Shown: positions 49,607 through 59,689, counted from the first letter of the stretch. The stretch is DNA of 64,000 nt from an uncultured Chloroflexia bacterium (GCA_963700285.1 CAVOXA010000010.1:800001-864000); one strand, 5' to 3'. Made by a program: numbers and translations. Notes: generated by a model not told the origin, from the sequence alone.

Positions 49607-52170
49607 TTGTCAACAGACAATCTGCGCATCGGCGTGTTTGTGTGTGACTGCGGCTCCAACATCGCTGGCGCAGTGGACACCGAAGCCTGCCGCGCGTACG
49701 CCGAGACGCTGCCCAATGTGGTCGTGGCCGTAGGGAACAAGTATACCTGCGCCGATCCGGGGCAGCAGGAGATCCAGCGCACGATCTACGAACACAATCT
49801 CAATCGGGTGGTCGTTGCTTCCTGCTCGCCGACCTCGTACGAGCCGATCTTTCGCCAGTGCATCGAGGAGGCCGGGCTCAACCCCTATCTGTTGGAGATG
49901 GCCAACATCCGCGAGCACTGCTCGTGGGTGACCCCCGGCGACCGGCAGGCGGCCACGCGAAAGGCCCAAGACATGGTCAAGGTGGCCGTGGCCCGCTCCC
50001 GGTGGCTCTATCCCCAGGACGAGGAGCAGATCCCGGTCACTCACGCGGCGCTGGTCATCGGCGGTGGTGTGGCCGGCATGCAGGCGGCCCTTGACCTGGC
50101 CGACTCGGGTCACAGGGTCTACCTGGTGGAAAAAAAGCCCTCTATCGGCGGCATCATGGCCCAGCTCGACAAGGTCTATCCCGACATCGAGTGTAGTATA
50201 TGAATTCTCGGGCCAAAGATGATGGATGTCGGTCGACATCCCAAGATTGAACTGCTGGCTTACTCGGAAGTCGAGGATATTACGGGTTATGTGGGCAACT
50301 TTCAGGGCCCGTGTCCGCAAGAAAGCTCGCTACGTGGACGAGAACGAGTGTACGTCCTGTGGCGACTGCGCCACCGTGTGCCCGGTCGTCGTGCCTGACG
50401 AATTCCAGATGGGACTGGGCAGCCGGAAAGCAGTCTACATTCCCTTCCCCCAGGCCGTGCCATCGTCCTACGTTGTGGCCGCCGACGAATGCCTGGGCCA
50501 GAACCCCATCGCCTGTGGCAAGTGCATCGAGGCCTGTGAAAAGAACTGTATCGACTTTGACATGCAGGACGAGATCGTCGACCTCGAAGTGGGCACCATC
50601 GTCGTCGCCACCGGCATGGATGTCTACGACCCCACCGCCACTGGACGAATATGGCTATACCCGTTTTTCTAACGTCATCACCAGCATGGAATTCGAGCGG
50701 CTGGTCTCCACGGGTGGTCCGCTGGGCGGGCATTGGGGGCGGCCCGGGGATCTGCAGCCGCCCAGGCGGATCGGCTTTGTACAATGCGTCGGCTCGCGGA
50801 CACAGGATGCCGAACGAGGCAACTCGTACTGCTCCAATGTATGCTGCATGAACACGGTCAAACAGGCGCAGTACCTGAAGGATAACTATCCCGATATCGA
50901 CATCACGGTCTTTTACATGGACATGCGGGCCTTTGGCAAAGGTTTCGAAGAGCTTTTGATGCGCAGCAAGAGGAACGGCGTGCGCTATATCCGCGGCCTG
51001 CCGGGCGAGGTGCGCCAGAACCCTGACAGCGGCAACCTGTGGGTCACGGTGGAAAACACCACGGCCAACCGCCTGGAGGTCCACGAATTCGAGATGCTGG
51101 TGCTGGCCGTGGGCGCCACGCCGGCCACCGATACGGAAGCGATCCGCCAGCTGGTCAGCCTGTCGCGGGCGCCCAGCGGCTTTCTGAAGGAGGCCCATCC
51201 CAAACTGCGCCCGGTGGATACGCCTACCAAAGGGGTCTATATTGCCGGAGCCGCCGAAAGCCCCAAGGATGTGCGGGAAAGCGTCACCCAGGCCAGCGCC
51301 GCCGCCTCACGGGCCTCCATCCTGCTGAGCAAGAGCCAGTTTTCGGTGGAGGCCATCACCGCCGTGGTGGACGAGGAGCTGTGCAAGATGTGCGGCCAGT
51401 GTGTCGACGTCTGCCCCTTTGGGGCAATCACCTGGCAGAAGAAGCAGGTGGCTCATGTGACCAGTGCGGCCTGCGCCGGGTGCGGCACCTGTGCCGCGGA
51501 ATGCAAGTTCGCCGCCATCGAGATGCGCCACTTCTCCGACCAGGCCATCTATGCCCAGATCGATGCCATCCTGGAGGCGGACCCCCTGGGCAAGATCGTG
51601 ACCTTTGCCTGCAACTGGTGCTCCTACGCCGGGGCGGATACGGCCGGCGTGGCCCGTATGGCTTACCCGCCCAACGCCCGCATCATCCGCACCATGTGCT
51701 CCGGCCGGGTGAATCCCGAGTTCGTGTGGTACGCCTTCAAAAAGGGCGCCCCGGTGGTACTGGTCTCGGGCTGCCACTATGTCGACTGCCACTACCTCGA
51801 TGCCAACCGCAGTACGGTGCGGCGCCAGGATGGCCTCTGGGACGGCCTAGAGAAAGCCGGCCTGCGCCCCCAGCGACTGCAGCTCGAATGGTGCTCGGCG
51901 GCCGAGGGCGGCCGCTGGCAGACCATCATGCGCGAAGCGGAAAAGATGCGCCAGGGCGTGACGCCCGAGGAGGTGGAGCAGAGCCGAGAGGTGCTGGCCC
52001 AGGCCCGGGTGCCCAGCCCGCGCAACCCACGACCAACAGATATCGGCCAGCCCGCGGACTATGCCTGTATGCGCTGCGCCTACCAGTGGGCCGACGTCTT
52101 CCAGATTGCGGAGCGAACCTGCCCGCAGTGCCGCTCCAACAGCGTACGGTGGTTGAAGGCAAAAAGGTAG
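49607..52170 (+). CDS. hdrA: Selenocysteine-containing HdrA-MvhD fusion (Sec UGA 50201-50203; two +1 frameshifts near 50301 and 50640)
   Basis: IGVFVCDCG..ANIREHCSW..GGGVAG..ECSI-UGA-ILGPKMMDVGRHP continues in frame. Later CVGSR, YCSNVCC, EAHPKLRP, PKD; MvhD part CNWCSY..CSGR..GC...CHY; terminal zinc ribbon. Confidence 0.88.
50224..50241 (+). promoter_or_regulatory. Bacterial SECIS-like hairpin (hdrA)
   Basis: GGATGTC-GGTC-GACATCC; loop begins 27 nt after the UGA. Confidence 0.75.
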
Positions 52171-52242
52171 TTTTTCCGTCAGGCTGAATCCCAATCAAGT
52201 TTTTTGCAACTGCCATACTTGACCACAGAGAGGAGACAAGTC

Positions 52243-53115
52243 ATGAGCTTCTGGAAGCGTTTGCTGGCCGTGGTTGTGATGGTGCTCAGCGTGGCCCTGG
52301 TCATCCTGTGCATCGCCGGCATCGTGGGCAATTGGGTTCTGAGCAAGAGCATGACTGACGGCTTCGTCCGCGTCCTCACAAGCGCAGAAAGGGCCCTGGA
52401 GGTCAGCGACACCGCCCTCACGGGGCTCGATGCCAAGCTGGGCAATGCCCGGGACAGGATCACCGAGTTTGAAGGGAACGTCGAAACGGCTAGCGAAAAC
52501 TTTGTCGAGAATCCAGTCATCCTGATCGCGCTCTCCGAGCGGCTGGACCTGGGGATCGCCCCGGCCATCCAGGAGGTGCTCGACACGGTCCAAACGGTCC
52601 GCGAGAAGGTGATCGCTGTCCAAAACACCATCCAGGCCCTCAACGCCCTGCCCTTTGTCTCTATAGGCCAGAACCCGGAACAGGAAGGGAAACTACAGCG
52701 GCTGTCCGAGGGCGCCGCGGCCCTCAACGAGGGCATACAGGAAACCAGGAACGGGGTCAGAGAGGCAAAGGCGGCCGCTGCCGGCGAGATCATGTTCCGC
52801 ATCGGCAAGGGGACTGCCAGGTTGGATACCGGGCTGGAGAGCATTCAAACAGGGGTACAGGGTTTGCTGGTCCAGGTGTCAGCGACACGCGCCCAGGTAT
52901 CGCGGCTGCGCTCGCAACTGCCACTCTGGCTTGACCTGGCATCCATCGCCATCACCCTGATTCTGCTGTGGATCACCTTCTCCCAGGTGGTCGTCTTTGT
53001 CTTTGGCCTGTCGACCTACAGGAATGAGAATCTGTTTGCGCGTTGGTTTGGACCTTCGGCCCAAGTCCTATCGGAACAACCGCTGACAGAGGACGCTTTG
53101 GCCTCGGAAACGTAG
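52243..53115 (+). CDS. Membrane protein with extracytoplasmic coiled coil between two TM helices
   Basis: RBS GAGGAG; N- and C-terminal hydrophobic helices with a helical middle. Confidence 0.8.
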   Translation: MSFWKRLLAVVVMVLSVALVILCIAGIVGNWVLSKSMTDGFVRVLTSAERALEVSDTALTGLDAKLGNARDRITEFEGNVETASENFVENPVILIALSERLDLGIAPAIQEVLDTVQTVREKVIAVQNTIQALNALPFVSIGQNPEQEGKLQRLSEGAAALNEGIQETRNGVREAKAAAAGEIMFRIGKGTARLDTGLESIQTGVQGLLVQVSATRAQVSRLRSQLPLWLDLASIAITLILLWITFSQVVVFVFGLSTYRNENLFARWFGPSAQVLSEQPLTEDALASET

Positions 53116-53208
53116 CACCGCTTGGTTGGCCGGCTGGTGCGCATCAGCCGTTCGTGTGTGAACCTGGAATCGCCTCTCTGAGGCAATGGAAGGCAAGGAG
53201 GGATCAAA

Positions 53209-53628
53209 ATGGAAAGACCAACCGGTATCACCATCATCGCCATCGCGTACTTTGTCCTGGGTTTTCTGTCGCTGCTGTGGAGCGGCCTCGTATTCGGGCT
53301 TGGCGGCATTGGAGCCCTGTTTAGCGGGCTCCTTGGCGCCGAAAACGTAGCGGCCGCCAGCACCGCGGGCGCCTGGTCGGGGTTCCTCGGCATCCTGGCC
53401 GCCATCGTTCAGTTTGCCGTCGCCATCGGGCTGCTGAAAATGAAAAAGTGGGCCTGGGTCCTGGCTTTGGTCGGCGTGGCGCTGACTGTCATCCAGGGCA
53501 TCGCCGGCCTGTTCAGCGGCGGGCCTTTCGCCTTTATGTGCGGATTGCTGGGCCTGCTTGTCCCGGTGCTCATCCTCGTCTACCTGCTGACCGGCAAGGT
53601 GCGGCGCGTTTTTGATGTAGGGGCCTGA
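53209..53628 (+). CDS. Small integral membrane protein
   Basis: RPTGITIIA..GLLKMKKWAW..YLL..VRR.F; RBS AAGGAGG. Confidence 0.85.
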   Translation: MERPTGITIIAIAYFVLGFLSLLWSGLVFGLGGIGALFSGLLGAENVAAASTAGAWSGFLGILAAIVQFAVAIGLLKMKKWAWVLALVGVALTVIQGIAGLFSGGPFAFMCGLLGLLVPVLILVYLLTGKVRRVFDVGA

Positions 53629-53677
53629 CCCCGCCTGCGCCTCCGGCGCAGGTAGGAGTTCTCTGCCGGGGAAAAGC

Positions 53678-54094
53678 GTGGAAGATCTAGAGCTGGTGAA
53701 CCAGGTCAAGACCACCTACATCGGCGACCACCGGGTCCGCATTGCCGCCGCGGATCGCAGCTTTGAGGCCGATCAGCGCACGCACCTGGATCGAATGGGC
53801 GCGGGCTTTTGTCCGTTGGAGCTGGTTGCCGCCGCCCTCGGGGCCTGAATGGTGCTCACCATGGCGGCGGTCGCCGACAACAAAGGGATCAAGCCTACGC
53901 GGCTGGCGGCTTCGGTGGAGGGCCGCACCGAGTTTGTGGGCCGCCAGACCACGACCCGTTTCCTCAGCCGCCTGGAGTTGGGCGAGGGGTTGACCCCCCG
54001 CGAGCAGCGCATTCTGTACAACTCGGCCCGGACCTGTGAGGTCCACAAGATGCTGCGGGGTGAGGTCACCTTCGAGGAACAACTGGCAGACTAG
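53678..54094 (+). CDS. OsmC-like selenoprotein (Sec UGA 53846-53848)
   Basis: The frame from GTG 53678 gives ..EADQ..GFCPLELVAAALGA-UGA-MVLTM..ARTCEVHKML. The UGA is at the catalytic ALGAC cysteine position. Confidence 0.85.
53865..53876 (+). promoter_or_regulatory. Bacterial SECIS-like hairpin (osmC-like)
   Basis: CGGC-GGTC-GCCG; loop begins 20 nt after the UGA. Confidence 0.6.
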
Positions 54095-54344
54095 GCTACC
54101 GAGACCTCGTCCAGGCCTTCCCGGCCAAGATCCACCGTCAGATCACGGTCAAGATCTTTTGGCTCCAGGCAGATCCCCGCCCCCGGGACAGCAAGCGCAT
54201 TGGCGTCGGCTATCGGGCAGATGCGGGGGAGTACCGGCTTTTTGTACCGTGGACGACGAGCAGGAGATGATCATCGTCGAGTTGGTCGGACCACGCAACG
54301 ATGAGGAGATCTACAAGCTGGCAGAGCAACTGGGGATGTTGTAA
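54094..54344 (+). pseudogene. RelE/ParE-like toxin remnant
   Basis: FPAKIHRQITVKIFWLQADPRPRDSK..YRADAGEYRLF / TVDDEQ..LVGPRNDEEIY; no start codon and a frameshift in a T run. Confidence 0.65.
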
Positions 54345-54518
54345 GGCTTGTTCTCTTTGATGTCAGATGGTGGGTGATGATGCGTGGACTGTGGTCCACG
54401 CGGAGCAGGAGCAGGCGAAGCAAGAGCAGGCGAAGCAGGAGCAGAGCCAGAGGTTTGGCGAACGCTTGAACTGTGGTCTACGCAGAGCATAGAGTGGAAC
54501 GAGGGCAGGGCGCCGGAT

Positions 54519-56387
54519 GTGAATCTTAAGATCGAACTCCTGGCTCCGGCCAGGGACCTGGACAGCGGCAAGGCCGCCATCGATAGCGGCGCCGATGCCG
54601 TCTATATTGGCGCCGGGCGCTTTGGGGCGCGGGGCAGAGCCGGCAATTCGCTGGACGACATCGCCGCGCTGGCGGCCTATGCCCACACCTATTGGACGCG
54701 CGTGTATGTCACCGTGAATACCCTGCTGCACGACGACGAGCTGCCCGAAGCAGTGCAACTGCTCCACCAGCTCTATGACATTGGCGTGGACGCCGCCATT
54801 ATCCAGGACGTGGGCCTGCTGGAAAGCGATCTCCCGCCACTGGCCCTCATCGCCAGCACGCAGATGCACAACCATACCCCCGAGCGCCTGGCCTTCCTGG
54901 AGCAAATCGGGATCCGGCGCGCTATCCTGGCCCGAGAGTTGAGCCTGGCACAGATTCGGGCCATCCGCGACCGCACTTCTATCGAGCTGGAGGCCTTTGT
55001 CCACGGCGCGCTGTGCGTGAGCTACAGCGGCCAGTGCTACATGAGCTACGCGATCGGAGGGCGAAGTGGCAACCGCGGCGAGTGCGCCCAGCCGTGCCGG
55101 CGCAGGTACACGCTCGTTGACGGCGATGGCAGGGAGGTGGTGAGGAACCGCCACCTGCTCTCGCTTCGGGATCTCAACCTCTCCGGGCACCTGGACGACC
55201 TGCTCGATGCGGGTGTTACGTCCTTCAAGATCGAGGGACGGCTCAAGGACCAGGCCTACGTCACCAACGTGGTGAGCTGGTACCGCCGCGAACTGGACCG
55301 TGTGCTTGCGGCGCGGGGCGGTGGCTCCAGTTCCGGGGGCCCCAATCCCTGGGGGCGCAGCTCTTCAGGCCGCAGCAGCATCGACTTTGAGCCCGACCTG
55401 AGCAAAACCTTCAACCGAGGCTACACGACCCATTTCCTGCAGGGGCGGGGGGAGCCGGCCGGGGCCCCGGATTCTCCCAAGATGGTGGGCGAGTACCTGG
55501 GCACGGTATCCGCCGTGCGAGGGCCCCACTTTGTGCTGGAAACTACTATCCCGCTGCACAGCGGCGATGGCCTGTGCTGGTTTGACGACCAGCACACGCT
55601 GGGGGGAACGGTCGTCAATGCCGTACAATCCGTTGCACCTGATTCCCTGGCCGTGAGGGTCACCCCAGACAAGATCACGGGCATCCACGAGGGCTTGAAG
55701 GTCTATCGAAACCACGATCACACCTTTCTGCGGCAGATCGAGCGCAGCCGGCCGGTGCGCAAGATCGCGGTGCGCCTGCGCCTGGAGAACAAGCCGGAGG
55801 GCTTTGTCCTGTACGCCAGGGATGAGGACGGCAACGTCGCGGCCGCGATGCTCGCAGCGGAAGCAGTACCCGCGCACAAGCCCGAAAGAGCCGGGGCCGC
55901 GGCGCGCAAGCAACTGGGCAAGACCGGAGATACGCCCTTTGCCTGCACACATGTGGATCTGGCCTGGGATCGGCCCTATTTCCTACCGGTCGCTGCGCTC
56001 AACGCCTTGCGCCGCGAGACGCTGGAACGTCTGGTTGCAGCACGCGCCGCCAACCGGCCTCGGATGCGGGGCGAGATCCTGCGAAATGAGGCCCCCTATC
56101 CAGAGACCGCGCTGACCTACCGCGGCAATGCGCTGAACCAGCAGGCCGTGGCTTTCTACCGGCGCCACGGCGTGGAGGAGGTCGCACCGGCCGCCGAATC
56201 GGGGCTCATGATGGGCGGCAGGGTGGTCATGCGCACCCGTTACTGCATCCAGCACCAACTGGGGCTGTGCGACGGCGTGTCCAAAGCCGGCCGGCTGAAG
56301 GGACCGCTGTACCTCGTCGATGAGGACGGGCACCGCTACCGCTTGCGCTTTGACTGTGGGGTTTGCGAGATGGAGGTACTCTACTGA
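54519..56387 (+). CDS. Peptidase U32 family protein (RlhA-like) with DUF3656-type C-terminus
   Basis: ELLAPA, GADAVY, ASTQM, FVHGALCVSYSGQC, NRGECAQPCR, FKIEGR. Confidence 0.92.
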   Translation: MNLKIELLAPARDLDSGKAAIDSGADAVYIGAGRFGARGRAGNSLDDIAALAAYAHTYWTRVYVTVNTLLHDDELPEAVQLLHQLYDIGVDAAIIQDVGLLESDLPPLALIASTQMHNHTPERLAFLEQIGIRRAILARELSLAQIRAIRDRTSIELEAFVHGALCVSYSGQCYMSYAIGGRSGNRGECAQPCRRRYTLVDGDGREVVRNRHLLSLRDLNLSGHLDDLLDAGVTSFKIEGRLKDQAYVTNVVSWYRRELDRVLAARGGGSSSGGPNPWGRSSSGRSSIDFEPDLSKTFNRGYTTHFLQGRGEPAGAPDSPKMVGEYLGTVSAVRGPHFVLETTIPLHSGDGLCWFDDQHTLGGTVVNAVQSVAPDSLAVRVTPDKITGIHEGLKVYRNHDHTFLRQIERSRPVRKIAVRLRLENKPEGFVLYARDEDGNVAAAMLAAEAVPAHKPERAGAAARKQLGKTGDTPFACTHVDLAWDRPYFLPVAALNALRRETLERLVAARAANRPRMRGEILRNEAPYPETALTYRGNALNQQAVAFYRRHGVEEVAPAAESGLMMGGRVVMRTRYCIQHQLGLCDGVSKAGRLKGPLYLVDEDGHRYRLRFDCGVCEMEVLY

Positions 56388-56535
56388 GTGGGCTGGAGTA
56401 CAAAGCCGCCCCAGGTAACGGGTGATTCTGAGTAGTCCATGGCTCGGGGCGCCACTCTACGCGGAAAAAACTCGGTTCTTGGAAGGCCATCATCCAGAGT
56501 GAAACGAAGGATCTCTACTGTGCATAGCCGATATT

Positions 56536-56630
56536 CCCTTCGGTGCTCCTTTGATGATTCAGGAAATGCTCAGGGCATGCTTGACCCCACTACACTTTGT
56601 TCAGAGCATGTCCTGAGGGCAGCTGAAGGA
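56536..56630. repeat. REP-like inverted repeat pair
   Basis: cccttcgg..gctcagggcatgc / gcatgtcctgag..ctgaagga between convergent genes. Confidence 0.65.
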
Positions 56631-56671
56631 TGACGTAATTCCAGTTTCTTGGTAGCTCCTCAAGGGCCGAA

Positions 56672-57637
56672 TCACTTGAGAAGCGCAGCCGTCCGTAGCT
56701 GCTCCAAAACTCGCTCCACCTTCGCGCCGTTTGAAGCCGAATACAAAAGATCGAGCCGGTCGTTTTCCGGCAAGTGCAGCGACGTGACCAGGAGCCCGTC
56801 CTTTTTCTCATCAAGCGAAACCGAGGCAATCTTTGCCAGGGGGACAAAGGTCCGGGTGGCTCCATACTTGGAGTCCTTGCTGGGGTTGTCTCTGATCAGA
56901 ATCACTTCTCGATCCGTGAGGATGCTCAGGTGCGCGGGCGAGATCGTCCTGGACAGAGGTCTACCAAACAGAGATAGCCATTGGGCCTGGATCTCGGGCT
57001 GCCAGAGAACCCCGGCAAGCCTCTCCCCGGGCTGAATGCTCCCCTTGCCCAGGTTCAGCAGCTTGAGGCTCAGGCCGGCAATTTCGCTGAGCTTGGCTCG
57101 TTCCGCATTCAGATCGGTACCCGCCGGCTGGAGCGTACTGCCCCTGACCTTGTTCAGTATCGGGCCAAAGAGATGTTCGGAAACAGTATTGAACTTGAGC
57201 GTGACGGTCAGAATGCCGTCGCTTGTGATGCCTCTGATGTTGAGCCAGGATTGCAGCAGGAAGGATCCTACATCCACGTAGTGAATGTCTCTGAGGCGGA
57301 AAGCGATTGGTTTGAGCTGGCTGCCCTTGTTTTGCAGGACGTAGAGGTTGCTGTCCTGGCAGCAGACCAGCTTTTCCTGCTCTTGTCTCAAAAAGCCCTC
57401 GTACTTGGGTGTCAGCACGGCGTAGGGGAACACCCCATCGCTGTGAGGTGATGCGTCAAAAAAGTTCTTGTAGAGGTCCGGTACCTCGTCGTACGATTCG
57501 ACCGCCTTGGCCCAAGATCGCATCGACTGCCGGGCTCCGGTCAGCCACCTTGGTTTCCCTGATCTTGAGATGCGCCTTGCGTCAGAATGCATACCTGGCT
57601 CTCCCATCGCTGAACACAGCGAGGGGCATGATACCAT
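56672..57637 (-). CDS. Hypothetical protein (possible tandem PH-like domains; start uncertain)
   Basis: 321-aa ORF with lower GC and normal composition; weak internal duplication. Confidence 0.6.
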   Translation of the reverse strand: MVSCPSLCSAMGEPGMHSDARRISRSGKPRWLTGARQSMRSWAKAVESYDEVPDLYKNFFDASPHSDGVFPYAVLTPKYEGFLRQEQEKLVCCQDSNLYVLQNKGSQLKPIAFRLRDIHYVDVGSFLLQSWLNIRGITSDGILTVTLKFNTVSEHLFGPILNKVRGSTLQPAGTDLNAERAKLSEIAGLSLKLLNLGKGSIQPGERLAGVLWQPEIQAQWLSLFGRPLSRTISPAHLSILTDREVILIRDNPSKDSKYGATRTFVPLAKIASVSLDEKKDGLLVTSLHLPENDRLDLLYSASNGAKVERVLEQLRTAALLK

Positions 57638-57746
57638 TGTTCAAGGGGCAGCACAAGCCGGATCCTCCGCTTTGCGACCCTTACTCCCCTCGAGGAGCAA
57701 TTGCGCCCAGATGCGAGCGCCCTCAGGTGCGAGCGGACGGGGTCAC

Positions 57747-58313
57747 CTATGCGGCTGCTCGTTTCATGGATATTCCATTCCTCTCGAAATCGACCGGCAG
57801 CCTGACCTCGAAACAGATCGCTCCCGGCTGGGATCGGACGTTGATCTCACCGTGGTGTTTCTGTACGACGAGGTTGTGGCTGATGTTCAGCTCCAGCCCG
57901 GTGCCTTCGCCTGGCGCCTTGGTGATAAAAAGGGGGTCAAAGATCTGGGGCAGAACGTCCTCTGGGATCCCGGGGCCCGTATCGTGGATCTCTACCACCA
58001 CTCAGGCGTCCCGCTGGTAGGTCTTCAGGACAAGTTCACCCTGGCCCTCCATAGCGCTGGCCGCGTTATCGATGATGTTGGTCCAAACCTGGTCCAACTT
58101 GCTGCCGTAGGCCTGGATGCGAGGCAGGTCCGGGGCATAGTCGCGCCGCACGTCAACGCCGCCCTTGAGTCTTTTGCGCAGCATGACCAACGTGTTATCC
58201 AGACCCTCGTGGACGTCAACGTTCTGTACCGACGCCTGGTCCAGGTAGGTATAGGATTTCAGCGCCCTGACAATTTCGACAATCCGGCCTGCCCCGTGTC
58301 CGATCTCTTCCAA
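57747..58313 (-). pseudogene. Histidine kinase C-terminal fragment with nonsense codon
   Basis: LDQVWTNIIDNA, DTGPGIP, IFDPLFITK..GEGTGLEL; TGA at 58002-58004; N-terminus missing. Confidence 0.85.
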
Positions 58314-58329
58314 ACTTCGCTGTCTCTTT

Positions 58330-58575
58330 CGTCAGAAGGGGAAAAAGAGGGCTTCCGCCCACGACCCGGTCTCACCTTCAGCCCTGGCGATCCTTCCGCC
58401 AAGTAGCGGTCGATCCAGTCTTTGACCGCCTCTGGCTCGTAAGGCCGCAGCAGGCCGTGCATTGCAGCCTGGCATATCGACTCGCTGGCAGTCACCTTTA
58501 GGATCGCGACTGCGCGTGTGCACACGTACGGTTTGGGACGATGATCGCGCGCCGTTTCAAGTTCTTTCTTCTGGC
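58330..58575 (-). mobile_element. IS630-like transposase HTH fragment
   Basis: ELETARDHRPKPYV..A.AILKV..WIDRY.AEG..GL..RPGRGRKP; truncates the kinase. Confidence 0.6.
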
Positions 58576-58636
58576 ATGACTTGGATGCAATTCGTAGTGT
58601 GGCGGCAGTGCTCAGAATGACAGTGTGGTAGCAGTG

Positions 58637-59689
58637 CTAGTCCTGGTTTAGGGCGGTGCTGAGGTTCTCGCTAAGCGCTTTGGCTTCGTCCAAAGCCTCG
58701 GCCTGGGTCCAGAGGAGGATCCCGCGGCGTCCGAAAAAGCCCACCAGGTCAAGGCTGTATTGCAGCAAGTCGGGTGGATTGCCCTGGGCAAAGTCCCAGG
58801 AGTAGTATCTGAGGCACAACGCGGTCTGGCCGCCGGTGATTTCCCGTACTTTTGCCCAGTCGTTCTGCGGCGCGACGAGGTCGAGCCCTCGCAGGCCCGG
58901 GGTCTCTAGCATACCGGGCAGCACGTGCACGATGTCGCCGCAGGAGTGCAGCACAGTACCGCCAAAGGCCTCCGAGAGGCGAGCGTTATAGGGCAGACCA
59001 AACTCGCGGTAGGTACGGGGGGACATGACGGCCGCGGTGTCGTCGCTGATACGGATGCCCAGGTCGGGGGGCAGGTACCAGGGCTCGTGGGACAGGGAAA
59101 AGAGCCGCTCGATCCGTCGCATTTGCAGTTGCACGAACCGGATCGTGGCCTCCGTTACCTTTTCCAGCAGGACGTGAACCTCCCTGGGACAAAGCAGCGT
59201 GGCCGTGATAAAGGCGCTGTACTCCCAGATCAGCGAGGCGGTCACCAGCGGGGAAGGTACATTGACCAGCCGCAGGGGCAAGTCGCTGTGGGCCTGGAGA
59301 TAGTCGATGCGCTCTAGAGCCAGTGTGTTCATACCTGAGGTGGCCGGATCGGGCATCTCTAGTGCGTACACGTCCTGAGGATCGCCGCCAATGAGGGGTT
59401 TGATCCAGGGGTCGGCAGTAGGATCGGTGACCCACTCACAGCCAAAGGCTGCGGCCACAACACCGATGCCCAGGTTGGGCTTTAGGTTGGGGATGAAATA
59501 GTCATCCACCTCGGCCAGTTCGCGAAAGTGTTGTTCCTGCCAGGCCAGGTCAGCGGCCACATCGTCGAGGAACTGGGTGGTGGCATGGTGGGACTGGCCG
59601 ACCTCGATCATGAAGGGGACCTGATCGCTGTCCTCCAGCAGCCAGGTGTCGCGGATCACTGCTCGTTTTTGTGCCTCGGTCAAGGGCAT
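58637..59689 (-). CDS. Uroporphyrinogen decarboxylase (URO-D)/MtaA-CmuA-like family protein
   Basis: ISDD....MSP..YREF..PY; LHSCG (HxC); RBS AGGAGG. Confidence 0.8.
   Translation of the reverse strand: MPLTEAQKRAVIRDTWLLEDSDQVPFMIEVGQSHHATTQFLDDVAADLAWQEQHFRELAEVDDYFIPNLKPNLGIGVVAAAFGCEWVTDPTADPWIKPLIGGDPQDVYALEMPDPATSGMNTLALERIDYLQAHSDLPLRLVNVPSPLVTASLIWEYSAFITATLLCPREVHVLLEKVTEATIRFVQLQMRRIERLFSLSHEPWYLPPDLGIRISDDTAAVMSPRTYREFGLPYNARLSEAFGGTVLHSCGDIVHVLPGMLETPGLRGLDLVAPQNDWAKVREITGGQTALCLRYYSWDFAQGNPPDLLQYSLDLVGFFGRRGILLWTQAEALDEAKALSENLSTALNQD

Noticed and set aside
54384-54518. N-terminal extension of the U32 protein with 15-bp repeats
   Set aside because: Low-complexity GAGCAGGCGAAGCA repeats; family similarity begins at about 54519.
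58002-58004. In-frame TGA in the histidine kinase as a third Sec site
   Set aside because: The position is typically Trp rather than Cys, no GGUC hairpin follows, and the gene is truncated with other lesions.
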